The notes beneath the pieces were generated by a model that ran no database searches, was not told the DNA's origin, and saw only the letters and a program-made list of their open reading frames with translations. From Thermoanaerobaculia bacterium (GTDB lineage Bacteria > Acidobacteriota > Thermoanaerobaculia > UBA5066), in contig CAWEJK010000009.1 of assembly GCA_963809425.1 (NCBI GenBank), forward strand, positions 150,526 to 214,525: a stretch of 64,000 nucleotides of DNA, in the 5' to 3' direction. This document shows, piece after piece, positions 17,895 to 29,618 of this stretch (position 1 is the first letter of the stretch; each line of letters opens with the position of its first letter). A program made the translations under genes and the position numbers.

Positions 17895-19088
17895 CTAGAG
17901 GCCGACGCGGGCCGTGAGGGTGAGGCCGAGCGCGCTCTTGTCGGTCCTGTACGAGCCTCCGAGATCCACCTTCGCGGGACCGATGGCCACGCCGGCTCCC
18001 ACCGCGTAGACCGGGGTCCTGTCCGGCGACTCGAGGTTCACCGAAGCGCCGGCGCGGACGACGACGAGAAGCACCGTCCACTCGACTCCGCCGCCCAGCT
18101 CCCGCACGCGAAGGCCGTCGACGAGCGTCTCGTTCACCGTGAGGTCGTAGTCCGCGGCAAGGAGGAGGCCGACGACCGGGATCTTCACGGACGCGCCGAT
18201 GCGCGCCTGTCGCCCCCAGGTCACGGAGCGGCCGCGATCCGCCGCCGGGCCGTCGTCCGCGAACGGGAACGCGGGCTTGTTGATTCCTCGAAAGACCCCG
18301 CCGACGTGGACCGGACCGAGCGACACGAGGCCGCCGAGGTCGAAGGACCAGTCCGTGTGGGAGCGCGCCGTTCCGGTCAGCGCGCGCTGGGCGAGATTCC
18401 ACGGATCGCCGATGTCGGTCGTGAACGCGGACTCTTCCTTCGTATACGTCGAGCCGAACAGCGCGTGGACGGATGCGCCGACCGTGACCCGGCCGAGGAA
18501 GAACGACATCGATCTCGAGAGCGCAAGGTCCTTGAGCTCGAGGCCGCGAAAGGCGACCCCGGAATTGTTGAAGGCGATCGAGGTGGCGGGGTTGGCGCCG
18601 AGCGCCGTATGGACGAGATCCGCGCGCGCCGAGAGGCCGCTGAAGCCCCAGTCCGAGAACGAGAGCTCCCAGCCTCCGTGCGCGATCGCGAGCCCCGCGA
18701 CGCCGTTTCCCAGGAGCCCGTTTCCGGGATCGGCGAGCGTGCGGAGGGCCCGGACGACGTCCGCATAGCTCTGGGGCTGCGAACCCGACGCGAGCGCGAG
18801 CGGGTTGTTTCCCGGGATGAGGCGGAGCGGGGACAGGAAATCGCCGCTCTCCCGCGTGAGGAGCCCGGCGGAGACCGTGAACGCGAACTTCCGATCCGGG
18901 ACCGCCGCGGGGTTGTCGATCCCGGCTGCGACGTCCGGGCCGAGCCCCACCGACGCGCCCCCGAGCGCGGCGGAGCGCGCGCCGAAAGGAGAGAACGGCA
19001 TCTGGGCAGGGGCGGCGCCGGCCCACAGGAGAGCGGCCGCAACCGACGCGAGGATCTGTTTCCGGTGCGGAGCGGGAGGCGGCGCCAT
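17895..19088 (-). CDS. Probable outer-membrane beta-barrel (TraF_2/FadL/PorV-like)
   Basis: Signal peptide, N-terminal GARSAALGGASVG...NPAA motif and alternating amphipathic beta-strands running to the C-terminus. Confidence 0.65.
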   Translation of the reverse strand: MAPPPAPHRKQILASVAAALLWAGAAPAQMPFSPFGARSAALGGASVGLGPDVAAGIDNPAAVPDRKFAFTVSAGLLTRESGDFLSPLRLIPGNNPLALASGSQPQSYADVVRALRTLADPGNGLLGNGVAGLAIAHGGWELSFSDWGFSGLSARADLVHTALGANPATSIAFNNSGVAFRGLELKDLALSRSMSFFLGRVTVGASVHALFGSTYTKEESAFTTDIGDPWNLAQRALTGTARSHTDWSFDLGGLVSLGPVHVGGVFRGINKPAFPFADDGPAADRGRSVTWGRQARIGASVKIPVVGLLLAADYDLTVNETLVDGLRVRELGGGVEWTVLLVVVRAGASVNLESPDRTPVYAVGAGVAIGPAKVDLGGSYRTDKSALGLTLTARVGL

Positions 19089-19174
19089 ACGGGCTCCCAG
19101 TGTACGTTTCCCCGGCGCGTTGACCCTGAAAAACTAAGGATGCTATGTTCCGGGCCCGTTTTGCAGGAGGCGCA

Positions 19175-19507
19175 TTGCCGGATCTCGGAAACAAACACAA
19201 CTGCTTCAAGTGCGGGACGAAGTTCTACGACCTGAGGAAGACGCCCGTCCTCTGCCCGAAGTGCGGCGCCGACCAGAAGGACGCGCCCCCGCAAGCGACG
19301 TCTCCCGTCGTGCTCCACGCCGCGCGCCGGGCGAAGCGTGACGAGTTCGCGGATCCAGACGTCTTCGACCGCAACCGCGAGGACGAAGACGTCGCGACCG
19401 GCGAGCCGGAGGACCCGGCGGCCAAACGCGTGGATGACGACGAAGAGCTGCCCCTCGGCGAGGCGAAGACGCTGGAAGGCCGGGAGGATCCCGAAGACGA
19501 CTACTGA
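19175..19507 (+). CDS. FYDLN_acid family zinc-ribbon protein
   Basis: LGNKHNCFKCGTKFYDL...CPKCG followed by an acidic tail; AGGAGG RBS before TTG 19175. Confidence 0.85.
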   Translation: MPDLGNKHNCFKCGTKFYDLRKTPVLCPKCGADQKDAPPQATSPVVLHAARRAKRDEFADPDVFDRNREDEDVATGEPEDPAAKRVDDDEELPLGEAKTLEGREDPEDDY

Positions 19508-20084
19508 TCGCACCCGCCGTCCGCGGCCCGTCTTCGTCGCGATAGGGCTTGGCGCGAACCTGGGAGACCGGGAAGAGATTCTTAGAAGGGTAAGAGGGGC
19601 GTTGGCGGAGCATCTGGACGGGCTTCGTTCTTCGTCGCTCTACGAAACGTCCCCAGTCGGCGGCCCTTCTCAGCCCGACTACCTCAATGCGGTCGTCACG
19701 GGTTGGACGAAACTCTCGGCCCGTGCCCTCTTCGCCTTTCTAAGAAAATCCGAATCCGCCGCCGGCAGAAGGAGAGCGCGTGGAGCGCGGAACCTCCCAC
19801 GCCCACTGGACCTCGATCTCCTCCTCTACGGCAACGAGCAAATCCGTTCGCGCGCGCTCACCGTGCCGCACCCGCGGATGACGTCGCGCCTGTTCGTCCT
19901 CGTCCCCCTGGCGGACGTCGCCGCGCGACGCGTCGTGCCCGGAACCGGAAAGACGGTCGCGCGGCTCGTGGCCGAAGCCCGGCTCGACTCGACGGAGCGC
20001 GTCAGACGCGCGAGGCCCGTCAGACGGTCGAAGCGCGGGGAAGGACCCGCGATTCCACCAGGAGCTGGTCGTTCGGCAGCGTGA
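19434..20084 (+). CDS. folK: 2-amino-4-hydroxy-6-hydroxymethyldihydropteridine diphosphokinase
   Basis: Motifs [29 protein letters not shown] and [13 protein letters not shown]. Start uncertain; the nearest in-frame ATG overlaps the upstream gene. Confidence 0.9.
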   Translation: MTTKSCPSARRRRWKAGRIPKTTTDRTRRPRPVFVAIGLGANLGDREEILRRVRGALAEHLDGLRSSSLYETSPVGGPSQPDYLNAVVTGWTKLSARALFAFLRKSESAAGRRRARGARNLPRPLDLDLLLYGNEQIRSRALTVPHPRMTSRLFVLVPLADVAARRVVPGTGKTVARLVAEARLDSTERVRRARPVRRSKRGEGPAIPPGAGRSAA

Positions 20085-20928
20085 CGCGCGTCCCCGGCGG
20101 CACGGAGGACGTCAGCCAGACGCTGCCGCCGATGACGCAGCCCTTTCCGATGACCGTCTCGCCCCCGAGAATCGTCGCGCCCGCGTAGATGACGACGTCG
20201 TCCTTCACGGTCGGATGGCGCTTCGTCCCGCGGATCAGCTCGCCGCGCTCGTTCTTCGGGAACGAGAGCGCGCCGAGCGTGACTCCCTGGTACAGCTTGA
20301 CGCGGTCGCCGATGTCCGTCGTCTCGCCGATGACCGTTCCGGAGCCGTGGTCGATGAAGAACGACCGGCCGATGCGCGCGCCGGGGTGGATGTCCACGCC
20401 GGTCTCGAGGTGCGCGAACTCGGTCATGATGCGCGGAATCAGCGGCACGCCGAGCACGTGGAGGGCGTGCGCGAGACGGTACGTGAACACGGCCTTCACC
20501 CCCGGATACGCGAGGATGATCTCGTCGAATCCGGTCGCGGCGGGATCGCCGTCGAACGCGGCCCGCACGTCCGCGGCGAGGAGGTCTGCGATCTCGGGCA
20601 GGGTTTCGAAGAAGCGCGTCGTGATTCCCTGGGCATTCGCGCGCGTGCGCCCTCCGTCGGACAGCGCCTTCTCGATCTCGTTCGCGAGGCTCAGGTGAAT
20701 GCGAAAGAGGACGTCCCCGAGGTGGTCGCGCAGGTTCGCGCGATAGAGCACGGTGTGGCCGTAGAAGCCCGGATAGACGACCTCCTGGAGCATGCGCAGG
20801 ATCTCGATGATCTCCTTCTTTTGCGGCTTCGGCGGGGCGTCGATCGCCGAGAGAACAGGCCGGTTCTCCGCCCCCGAAACGATCCGGTCGATGGCGGCGC
20901 GCAGCCTCGTGTCCTCCATGCGACTCAT
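20020..20928 (-). CDS. cysE: Serine O-acetyltransferase
   Basis: Motifs [31 protein letters not shown] and KRHPT. Confidence 0.92.
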   Translation of the reverse strand: MSRMEDTRLRAAIDRIVSGAENRPVLSAIDAPPKPQKKEIIEILRMLQEVVYPGFYGHTVLYRANLRDHLGDVLFRIHLSLANEIEKALSDGGRTRANAQGITTRFFETLPEIADLLAADVRAAFDGDPAATGFDEIILAYPGVKAVFTYRLAHALHVLGVPLIPRIMTEFAHLETGVDIHPGARIGRSFFIDHGSGTVIGETTDIGDRVKLYQGVTLGALSFPKNERGELIRGTKRHPTVKDDVVIYAGATILGGETVIGKGCVIGGSVWLTSSVPPGTRVTLPNDQLLVESRVLPRASTV

Positions 20929-20932
20929 TCTC

Positions 20933-21808
20933 TCACCGACCGGCCCATCCCCTGAGAAGCTTCCCGGCCTCCTCCTGCGTCTTGCGATTCTCCACGAGAA
21001 AGTCGGGATCGGGCGTCTCGGCGAGGATCTTCTCCAGCATCGCGCGCGCCTCCGCGCGGCGGGAGGACTCGTAGTCCCACATGGCCTCGGCGAGAAACTG
21101 GCGCCCATCCAGATTCCGCGGCCCGGCGCCGACGGCGAGACGGAGGTTCCGGAGCGCCTCCGCGCGCGACGCCCATCCCGTGAAGAACGGAACCGAGGGG
21201 GTCTGGTGGTGGAGGCGCCCGAGCACGCGGTAGCCGCCTCCGCCGTCGTATCCGGGGTCGAGCAGGATCACCGCCTGCGCGTAGTCGCGGATCCTGGCGG
21301 CCGCCCCCTGCCTCACGGCCGCGCTCTTCCCGAAGGCGAGCGCCCACTTTCCCCAGTCCACCGAGGCCCACAGGAACGACGGGACCGCCGCCGGGTTTCC
21401 CTTGACGTAGGGAACGAGCTCCACCGGCGTCGCCTTCCCGAGCTCCCGGCGGCCTTCCCGGCCGGCTTCACGCCGCAGGATGGAGAGGGCCTGCTCGGCG
21501 ACCGTGCGCCCGTCGTCGAAGATCGACCGCTTCGCGACGGAATCGTCCGTCGTGTACTCGCCCTTGAAGTAGAGCGCGCGCATGAGGCGCCAGCGCAGCT
21601 CGAGCGATTCCGGTTCCGCGGCGAGAGCCGCGCGACAGGCGTCGATCGTGAGATCGATCGGGGCGGAAAGAGCGTGCCCGCCGCTCGACCCTTCGGCGCG
21701 GCGAGACCAGAGCCGGTCGATGTCCGCCGGCTTCGACGCGGGCTCGGACGCCGAGAGAAGAGCGGGAGAAAGGGCGAAGAGGAAGGACAGGACGGAGAGG
21801 CGCCGCAT
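20933..21808 (-). CDS. Secreted TPR-like helical protein (TRAP TatT-like)
   Basis: Signal peptide, helical repeats and [18 protein letters not shown]...P motif. Confidence 0.6.
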   Translation of the reverse strand: MRRLSVLSFLFALSPALLSASEPASKPADIDRLWSRRAEGSSGGHALSAPIDLTIDACRAALAAEPESLELRWRLMRALYFKGEYTTDDSVAKRSIFDDGRTVAEQALSILRREAGREGRRELGKATPVELVPYVKGNPAAVPSFLWASVDWGKWALAFGKSAAVRQGAAARIRDYAQAVILLDPGYDGGGGYRVLGRLHHQTPSVPFFTGWASRAEALRNLRLAVGAGPRNLDGRQFLAEAMWDYESSRRAEARAMLEKILAETPDPDFLVENRKTQEEAGKLLRGWAGR

Positions 21809-21870
21809 GGCGCCCACTATACTGGCGCGCCCCTTGCGAATAGGCTCACGCTCGAACACGAGGTGCCGCC

Positions 21871-22194
21871 GTGGCCGATCAGGATCCCAAGCCCGACCCC
21901 CAGCCTCCATCCCTCCAGTTTTCGATCGACGATTCGGTCGCGAACGGCGTCTACGTGAATTTCGCGAACATCATCCACAACCCCGCCGAATTCGTTCTCG
22001 ACTTCGGTCGCGTGGTGCCGGGCCGAAACGACGTCCGCGTGCTCTCGCGCGTGCTCACGACGCCCGTCCACGCGAAGCAGCTCCTGAACGCGCTCGCGCA
22101 GAACGTGGCCCTGTACGAGAAGACGTTCGGCGCGATTCGCACCGACTTCGAAGCCCCGCGACCGGGCGGCACCGAGTCCTTTCGACCCAACTGA
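21871..22194 (+). CDS. DUF3467 domain protein
   Basis: VANGVYVNFANIIHNPAEFVLDF...SRVLTTPVHAKQLLNAL..N...YEKTFG. Confidence 0.88.
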   Translation: MADQDPKPDPQPPSLQFSIDDSVANGVYVNFANIIHNPAEFVLDFGRVVPGRNDVRVLSRVLTTPVHAKQLLNALAQNVALYEKTFGAIRTDFEAPRPGGTESFRPN

Positions 22195-22222
22195 CACCTC
22201 GAGACAAGGAAGATCACCACCG

Positions 22223-22765
22223 ATGAACCCGCGAAAGCTCCTCGTTCTCTCCCTCGGACTGTCGCTCGGCCTTTCCGCCGGTTTCTCTGCTGCGGCCGCG
22301 GCCGCTCCGAAGAAATCCGGCGTCCCGGCGCCCACGCCCGCCACGTCCGACTCCGAACGGCGGGCGGCGCCCATCTTCGATTCCGACGCGATCGGGCGGA
22401 GGCAGATCGCCGACTATCAGAAAGTGGCCCAGGACTCCGGGCGCCGGCTTCTCCTCATCTTCGGCACGAACGAATGCGCCCCGTGCCGCGCGTTCAATGG
22501 CGCGATTCACGAAAAGCAGTTCTTCGCGGCGTTCATCAACCAGTTCATCCCGGTTTACGTCGACGTCTCGAGCGGCACGAACGCCTCGCTCCTCGTCGAC
22601 TACAACGTCAACCCGGCCGCCGAACAGCCCGGCATCGTGATGCTGATGCCGGACGCGCGGATCGTGGAGGTCCTCGCGCAGGGCGAGATGGCCGCGCTCA
22701 CCCGGAAGGGCGACGCCGCCGTTCAGGAGTTCTTCCTGGCGCGCTTCCTGAAGACCGAGAAGTAG
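22223..22765 (+). CDS. Secreted thioredoxin-like protein
   Basis: Signal peptide and LLLIFGTNECAPC (CxxC). Confidence 0.7.
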   Translation: MNPRKLLVLSLGLSLGLSAGFSAAAAAAPKKSGVPAPTPATSDSERRAAPIFDSDAIGRRQIADYQKVAQDSGRRLLLIFGTNECAPCRAFNGAIHEKQFFAAFINQFIPVYVDVSSGTNASLLVDYNVNPAAEQPGIVMLMPDARIVEVLAQGEMAALTRKGDAAVQEFFLARFLKTEK

Positions 22766-22812
22766 CGGACCTCGCGGAGCGCGCCCTCCCGCGCTCTGGC
22801 AGAATCGATCCG

Positions 22813-23397
22813 GTGGCATCCCCCAGGAGCGCGGCTCAGCCCGCGCCGGACTCCGGCGACCTGCTGCTCGTGGCCGCCGGGGACAGCGTGGCTCTCACGC
22901 GTCTCGTGACGCGATGGAGTCAGCCTGTCTATGCATTCTTTGAACGAACGCGCGAGCCGTCCGCCGCGACGGAAGCCGCTCTCGAGACGTTCGAGCGGCT
23001 CGTCGCGACCTCGCCCCGCTACGCGCCCGAAGCTTCGTTCTCCTCGTTTCTCTGGGGAATCGCGGCGAATCTCGTCCAGGAGGGCAAGACCGGCGACGTC
23101 CTCGCGATCCCCGCGCCGAAGCTGGCCGAATCCGCGGCGGCCCGGACGGCGCTCGTCCGTTCGGCGATCTCCGCCCTGCCGCCCGCCGAACGCGCGGCCT
23201 TCCTCCTGACTCGCGTCGCGCGTCTGCCCGCGGCCGCGGCCGCCGAGGCTCTCGGCGCCCAGGAAACCGACGTGCGGCGCCGGCTCGTGCGCGCGCTCGA
23301 ATCCCTGCGGACGTCTCTCGTTCCGCTTCTCCAGAGCCCGGCCACGACGATCCCTCCGGGCGCGCCCGACGACGACCCTCCCGGGGCCGCCCCGTGA
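22813..23397 (+). CDS. ECF-type sigma factor (divergent)
   Basis: Region 2-like GDSVALTRLV...FSSFLWGIAAN and region 4-like ALPPAERAAFLL...AEALG...VRRRLVRA; overlaps the anti-sigma start. Confidence 0.7.
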   Translation: MASPRSAAQPAPDSGDLLLVAAGDSVALTRLVTRWSQPVYAFFERTREPSAATEAALETFERLVATSPRYAPEASFSSFLWGIAANLVQEGKTGDVLAIPAPKLAESAAARTALVRSAISALPPAERAAFLLTRVARLPAAAAAEALGAQETDVRRRLVRALESLRTSLVPLLQSPATTIPPGAPDDDPPGAAP

Positions 23398-24365
23398 CGT
23401 GCGCCGAGCTGCGCGAGCGCATCGTCGACTCGGCATCGGCATCGCAGGGCGGCCACGCTCCCGTCGTCGCGCATCTCGACGAGTGCGCGGATTGCCGTGC
23501 CGCGGCGCGCGAGTACGGGGCTCTCGACCGGCTCGTCCGGCCCGCGCTTCCCCCCTCGCCACCAGCCGATTTCGAGGCGCGCCTGCGCGTTCGCCTGTCG
23601 GCCGTATCCCGAAACCCCGTCTCGAGCGCGTGGCTTCTGATTGGCGCGGCGGCCGTGCTCGCCCTCGCGGCCTTCCTCGTGCCGCGCTTCTTTCGGGGAC
23701 GCCCGAAGCCGGGTCCCCCGGCGCCCGCGGAGACCGCCGGCGCTCTCGTCCCTGCCGCGCCGGCCGCCCCGGCGCCGGACGCGCCTCCGCCCGACATCGT
23801 CGCCGTACGCTCGACCCCGATCTCTTTTCAAACGACCCCGCTCAGCGCGGAGGACAAGGCGGAGGCCGCCCTTCTCCACGATTTCAATTTCCTCAATTCC
23901 TTCCGGACGCTCGCGCACCTCGACGCGTTCTTTTCCGAGCCCGTCGGCCCACGCGCGCCGGTGCCGGTTCCAGCGGGTGGCTTTCCGTCCCGTCCGCCCG
24001 ATACGCCCGATGCGATCGCCGGGCGCCTTCTCGACTGGCAGCGGGCCCCGAGGACGGAGCGCGTCCGCCTCTCCGAGCTCGAAAAGTCGTTTCGCGATCG
24101 CCCCGAGGAGGAACGCTCGCTCCTCGAGGATCGCTGGACGCTCGTCCGCGACTTCTCCGACGACCAGCGCGCCGGCCTGCGCCGGCTCGCGAGCCGCCTG
24201 GACGACCTCGACTCGCGCGCGCGCGACCGGCTCGAGTCCGAGATCCGGCTCATCGGGCGCCTCCCGAAGGAGCAGCGCGCGGCGCGCTGGCGCGCTCTCC
24301 CCTTTGCCAGGCCGCTCACCGGCCAGGAGCTCGCGAGCGCCGAGAGGCTCCTTCTCTCGCGCTGA
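23394..24365 (+). CDS. Zinc-finger anti-sigma factor with TM helix and helical periplasmic domain
   Basis: MTCAELRE...HLDECADC (HxxxCxxC), one TM segment, Pro-rich linker and a W/R-rich helical C-terminus. Confidence 0.72.
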   Translation: MTCAELRERIVDSASASQGGHAPVVAHLDECADCRAAAREYGALDRLVRPALPPSPPADFEARLRVRLSAVSRNPVSSAWLLIGAAAVLALAAFLVPRFFRGRPKPGPPAPAETAGALVPAAPAAPAPDAPPPDIVAVRSTPISFQTTPLSAEDKAEAALLHDFNFLNSFRTLAHLDAFFSEPVGPRAPVPVPAGGFPSRPPDTPDAIAGRLLDWQRAPRTERVRLSELEKSFRDRPEEERSLLEDRWTLVRDFSDDQRAGLRRLASRLDDLDSRARDRLESEIRLIGRLPKEQRAARWRALPFARPLTGQELASAERLLLSR

Positions 24366-24387
24366 CGGTCCCGTAGACTCCCGGACG

Positions 24388-26550
<2,163 letters not shown>

Positions 26551-26557
26551 AAGGCGT

Positions 26558-27352
26558 TCAGCGTTCGGCCGCCGCGAGCGGCGAGGCGAGCGCGGCCTGC
26601 GCTTCGAGCTTCGCGATGAGCGCCGCGCGTCGCGCCGCGTCGAGGTTCTCGGACCCGGCCCTCAGAATGTCCGGATTGCCGTCGATCGAGCGGCGAAACA
26701 GGAAATCCTGCACCGCTTTCGCGTCCACCCGCGTCGTCTCACGGAGCAACCTGGCCACCGCCCCGATCATGACGGGGTTCTGCTCGTCGAGGAGCGCTTC
26801 CGCGAGGGTCAGCACGGCCGACGCTTCCCGGTGGCCGTCCGTCACGAGACCGGTCGCCGCGAGCACGGCAAGGTGCCGCTTGCCGACGCTCTTCAGCTTC
26901 GCCCACTTCTTCACGACCGCCATTTTCGCGGGCTCGAGGCCCAGCGCCGGAGCGGCGATGCGCGCGCCGAGCACCTCGGCGACTTCAAGATCGTCGGCCA
27001 CCGCGCTCCACTTCTCGACCTTCGCGAACAGACCAGAAGTGAACTCCTTCTGGTGCCGGTCGAGGAGCTCCAGCGCGACGAGGATCTCCTCGCGCACCTT
27101 GCGGACTACCGCCGCATCCACGAGCGCGAGAGCCACCGCGTAGTCGATCGCGGGTTTCTTCGCGTGGGTGTCACGCGCGATCGATCGCACGAAGGAGGAA
27201 CGGACTCCGAGAGCCTTGAGCGGGCTCTTGGGAGCAGCCCCCTTGGCCTTGTCTCCACGATCTGAGCGTTCTGAGCGTCCGTCCAGACGTGAATCCAGAG
27301 CGACCCGGATGTCCTTGAGTATCAGCGCGGCAGAAGGTGTGGCCTTGACCAT
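26558..27352 (-). CDS. DNA alkylation repair (AlkD-like, HEAT-repeat) protein, divergent
   Basis: LGVRSSFVRSIA, REE..VA and GAVARLLRE follow the AlkD-family pattern; lies downstream of the repair radical SAM gene. Confidence 0.55.
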   Translation of the reverse strand: MVKATPSAALILKDIRVALDSRLDGRSERSDRGDKAKGAAPKSPLKALGVRSSFVRSIARDTHAKKPAIDYAVALALVDAAVVRKVREEILVALELLDRHQKEFTSGLFAKVEKWSAVADDLEVAEVLGARIAAPALGLEPAKMAVVKKWAKLKSVGKRHLAVLAATGLVTDGHREASAVLTLAEALLDEQNPVMIGAVARLLRETTRVDAKAVQDFLFRRSIDGNPDILRAGSENLDAARRAALIAKLEAQAALASPLAAAER

Positions 27353-27413
27353 ACGCAATTGCCGATTCTAGCATACCGACTGATCACTTTCGGTCCCCTC
27401 CACACCCCGAATC

Positions 27414-28424
27414 TCACCGAAACGCCCCCGTGCTTGACCCATAAGCCGTTCCATTGCAAGCGGTTGCAAAGAGAGGCGTCTGGATGGCACGCGTGCCGAT
27501 CGGCCGTCCGCGCAGGGTGACGAATCCGCCCGCCCGGCCGACCTGGACGCCAAGCCGCCTGAGGTCGGTTGCATCGGAAAGAGACCCGCGAGCCCGCGTC
27601 GAGAGAATTCGCTCGACGGCGAGCGGTCCGAACCCGGGGACCCGCTGAAGCTCCTCCCGGCTGGCCGTCGTGAGCTCGACCGGGAACCGTCCCGGATTCG
27701 CGAGCGCCCACGCGAGCTTCGGGTCGTGGTCGAGCGGAAGATGGCCATCCTTGCCATATACGAGCTCGTCGGCGGTGAAACCGTATTCACGCAACAGGTG
27801 ATCCGCCTGGATGAGACGCTTCTTCTCGAGCCCTTCCGCGAACGACAGGGGCGCGGGGGCCAGGCGCGCCGAGACCCGCCGGGCCTCGCGTACGGCCGTG
27901 GCCGCGTTCCGGTCCGGCTCGAGAAGGGCGACTCCCTTTGCCTCGCTCTCTCGCGGGGCGTGCTCGACGAGCGCCCGCTGGCACGGCGCCTCGAGGTTGT
28001 AGGAAACACGATCCACGAGGCGCACGAGGCGTTCGATCTGGCCCGGCTCGGCGCCTGCGAGCGCCTTCGCGTGAAGGTAGCCGCGGTAACCGTGCGTGAA
28101 CCGCAGCGTCTCGACGAGCTCGAGCATGCGCTTCATCGCGACCACGGGGTCTTTGGGAATGCCGCTCGTGACGAAGAGGCCGTCGCACCAGCCGCGGCGA
28201 AAAGCCGTCATGAAGAGGCGCGCGAGGCTCGCGGGCTCGAGCGCGTGCCGTGGAAGGTCGCGCTCCGCCCGCATCGGGCAGTAGTCACAGGAGAACCGGC
28301 AGGCGTCCGCGAGGAGAATGCGGAAGATCCGGCGATTCCCCACGCCCGGCACGATCAGCTCGCGGATGTTGATTCGATCGAGCACGCGTTCGGCGACTTT
28401 TCTGACCGCAGCCATCAGCTTCAC
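27414..28424 (-). CDS. Putative DNA modification/repair radical SAM protein with C-terminal HhH
   Basis: CRFSCDYC cluster motif, GLFVTSG, GYLHAK, QADHLLREYGF, DPKLAWAL..P..FPVEL and ELQRVPGFG. Confidence 0.85.
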   Translation of the reverse strand: MKLMAAVRKVAERVLDRINIRELIVPGVGNRRIFRILLADACRFSCDYCPMRAERDLPRHALEPASLARLFMTAFRRGWCDGLFVTSGIPKDPVVAMKRMLELVETLRFTHGYRGYLHAKALAGAEPGQIERLVRLVDRVSYNLEAPCQRALVEHAPRESEAKGVALLEPDRNAATAVREARRVSARLAPAPLSFAEGLEKKRLIQADHLLREYGFTADELVYGKDGHLPLDHDPKLAWALANPGRFPVELTTASREELQRVPGFGPLAVERILSTRARGSLSDATDLRRLGVQVGRAGGFVTLRGRPIGTRAIQTPLFATACNGTAYGSSTGAFR

Positions 28425-28436
28425 CCCACCCAGCGC

Positions 28437-28465
28437 AAGTTAGGCGTAAGTTTGGCGAAAGTCAA
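28437..28465 (-). promoter_or_regulatory. Sigma70-like promoter with an internal direct repeat
   Basis: TTGACT-N17-TAACTT; the spacer reads TTCGCC-AAACT-TACGCC. Confidence 0.55.
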
Positions 28466-28492
28466 GGGGGGAGGAGAAACCCTGGACGGGCC

Positions 28493-29614
28493 TCAGCCTT
28501 CGGATCGCGCGATGACGCCGCCCCCGAGGACCACCTCCGGGCGGCTCGGGTCGAAGAAGACGGCCGACTGTCCCGGCGCGGCCGCGCGGACGGGCTCCTC
28601 GAACTCCAGGCGGCCGCGGCCGCCGTCCTCGAGCGTGAGCAAGGCCGCCTGCTCGGGGTGGCGCGAACGGATGCGAGCAAGCACCCTCAGCGTCGACGCG
28701 TCGCGGCGAACCATGCGCACACTCACGCTTTCGAGGAGGATTTTCTTGGAAAGAAGAGAGGGTGCCGACCCCACGACCACACGTGAGTCTTCCGGTGAGG
28801 TCGAAATGACGTAGAGGGGCTCCCGCGAGGAGACTCCGAGCCCGCGCCGCTGGCCGACCGTGTAGCCGAACGTTCCCTCGTGCGTTCCGACCCTCTCTCC
28901 CCTTTCATTGGAAATCTCCCCGGGCCGCGCGCCCGCGAGTGCCGGAAGAGGAATGCCGAGACCCGGCGCCTCCCGCCGGATGAATTCGGCGGGCGTCGAG
29001 CCGCTCGGCACGAAGCAGATCTCCTGCGAGTCCGGCTTGTCCCAGTTCGGAAGCCCGGCCTCGCGCGCGATCTCGCGCACCTCGGGCTTCGTCAGCTCGC
29101 CGAGCGGAAACCGGGCGCGGGAAAGCTGCTCTTCCGTGAGATCGTAGAGAAAGTACGACTGATCCCGCGCGCGGTCTCGCGCGCGAAGCAGGCGAGGCGC
29201 CCCGGTGACCTCGTCCGCCTCGATGCGCGCGTAGTGCCCGGTCGCGACCGCCTCGCACTCGAGCGCCGCCGCCCTCCGAAGCAGGCTCTTGAACTTGACC
29301 TCCGTGTTGCACACCGTGCACGGAATCGGCGTCTTCCCCTCGAGGTAGCTCGTGATGAAAGGCTTCACGACCGCCTCCGTGAAGTTCTCCTCGAGGTTCA
29401 GCACGAAATGCGGAACGCCGATCATGGCGGCCGCGCGGCGGGCGACCGAAAGGTCGTCGAGCGTGCAGCAGCGGCCCTCGTTCGCGCCCGTCCCGTCCCG
29501 ATCGTGGTTCCAGAGGTGCATCGACAGGCCGACGACGTCCGCCCCCTCGCGGCGGAGGAGGAGGGCGGCCACGGATGAGTCCACGCCCCCGGACATCGCG
29601 ACGGCGATACGCAT
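28493..29614 (-). CDS. mnmA: tRNA 2-thiouridine(34) synthase
   Basis: Motifs AMSGGVDSS, TPIPC..CN..VKF, ATGHYAR, DQSYFL, KPDSQEICF, YTVGQRRGLG and PGQSAVF. Confidence 0.97.
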   Translation of the reverse strand: MRIAVAMSGGVDSSVAALLLRREGADVVGLSMHLWNHDRDGTGANEGRCCTLDDLSVARRAAAMIGVPHFVLNLEENFTEAVVKPFITSYLEGKTPIPCTVCNTEVKFKSLLRRAAALECEAVATGHYARIEADEVTGAPRLLRARDRARDQSYFLYDLTEEQLSRARFPLGELTKPEVREIAREAGLPNWDKPDSQEICFVPSGSTPAEFIRREAPGLGIPLPALAGARPGEISNERGERVGTHEGTFGYTVGQRRGLGVSSREPLYVISTSPEDSRVVVGSAPSLLSKKILLESVSVRMVRRDASTLRVLARIRSRHPEQAALLTLEDGGRGRLEFEEPVRAAAPGQSAVFFDPSRPEVVLGGGVIARSEG

Positions 29615-29618
29615 CGCG

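Noticed and set aside
17895-19088. Conjugative element suggested by the TraF-like barrel
   Set aside because: There is no relaxase, T4SS gene, integrase or att site in the window.
19575-19751. Motif pairs as MITE/IS terminal inverted repeats
   Set aside because: The enclosed DNA is conserved coding sequence that differs at each locus, and no target duplications or transposase are seen.
20020-20084. 65-bp convergent overlap of the folK and cysE 3' ends
   Set aside because: Tail overlaps like this are common in GC-rich genomes and there is no sign of function.
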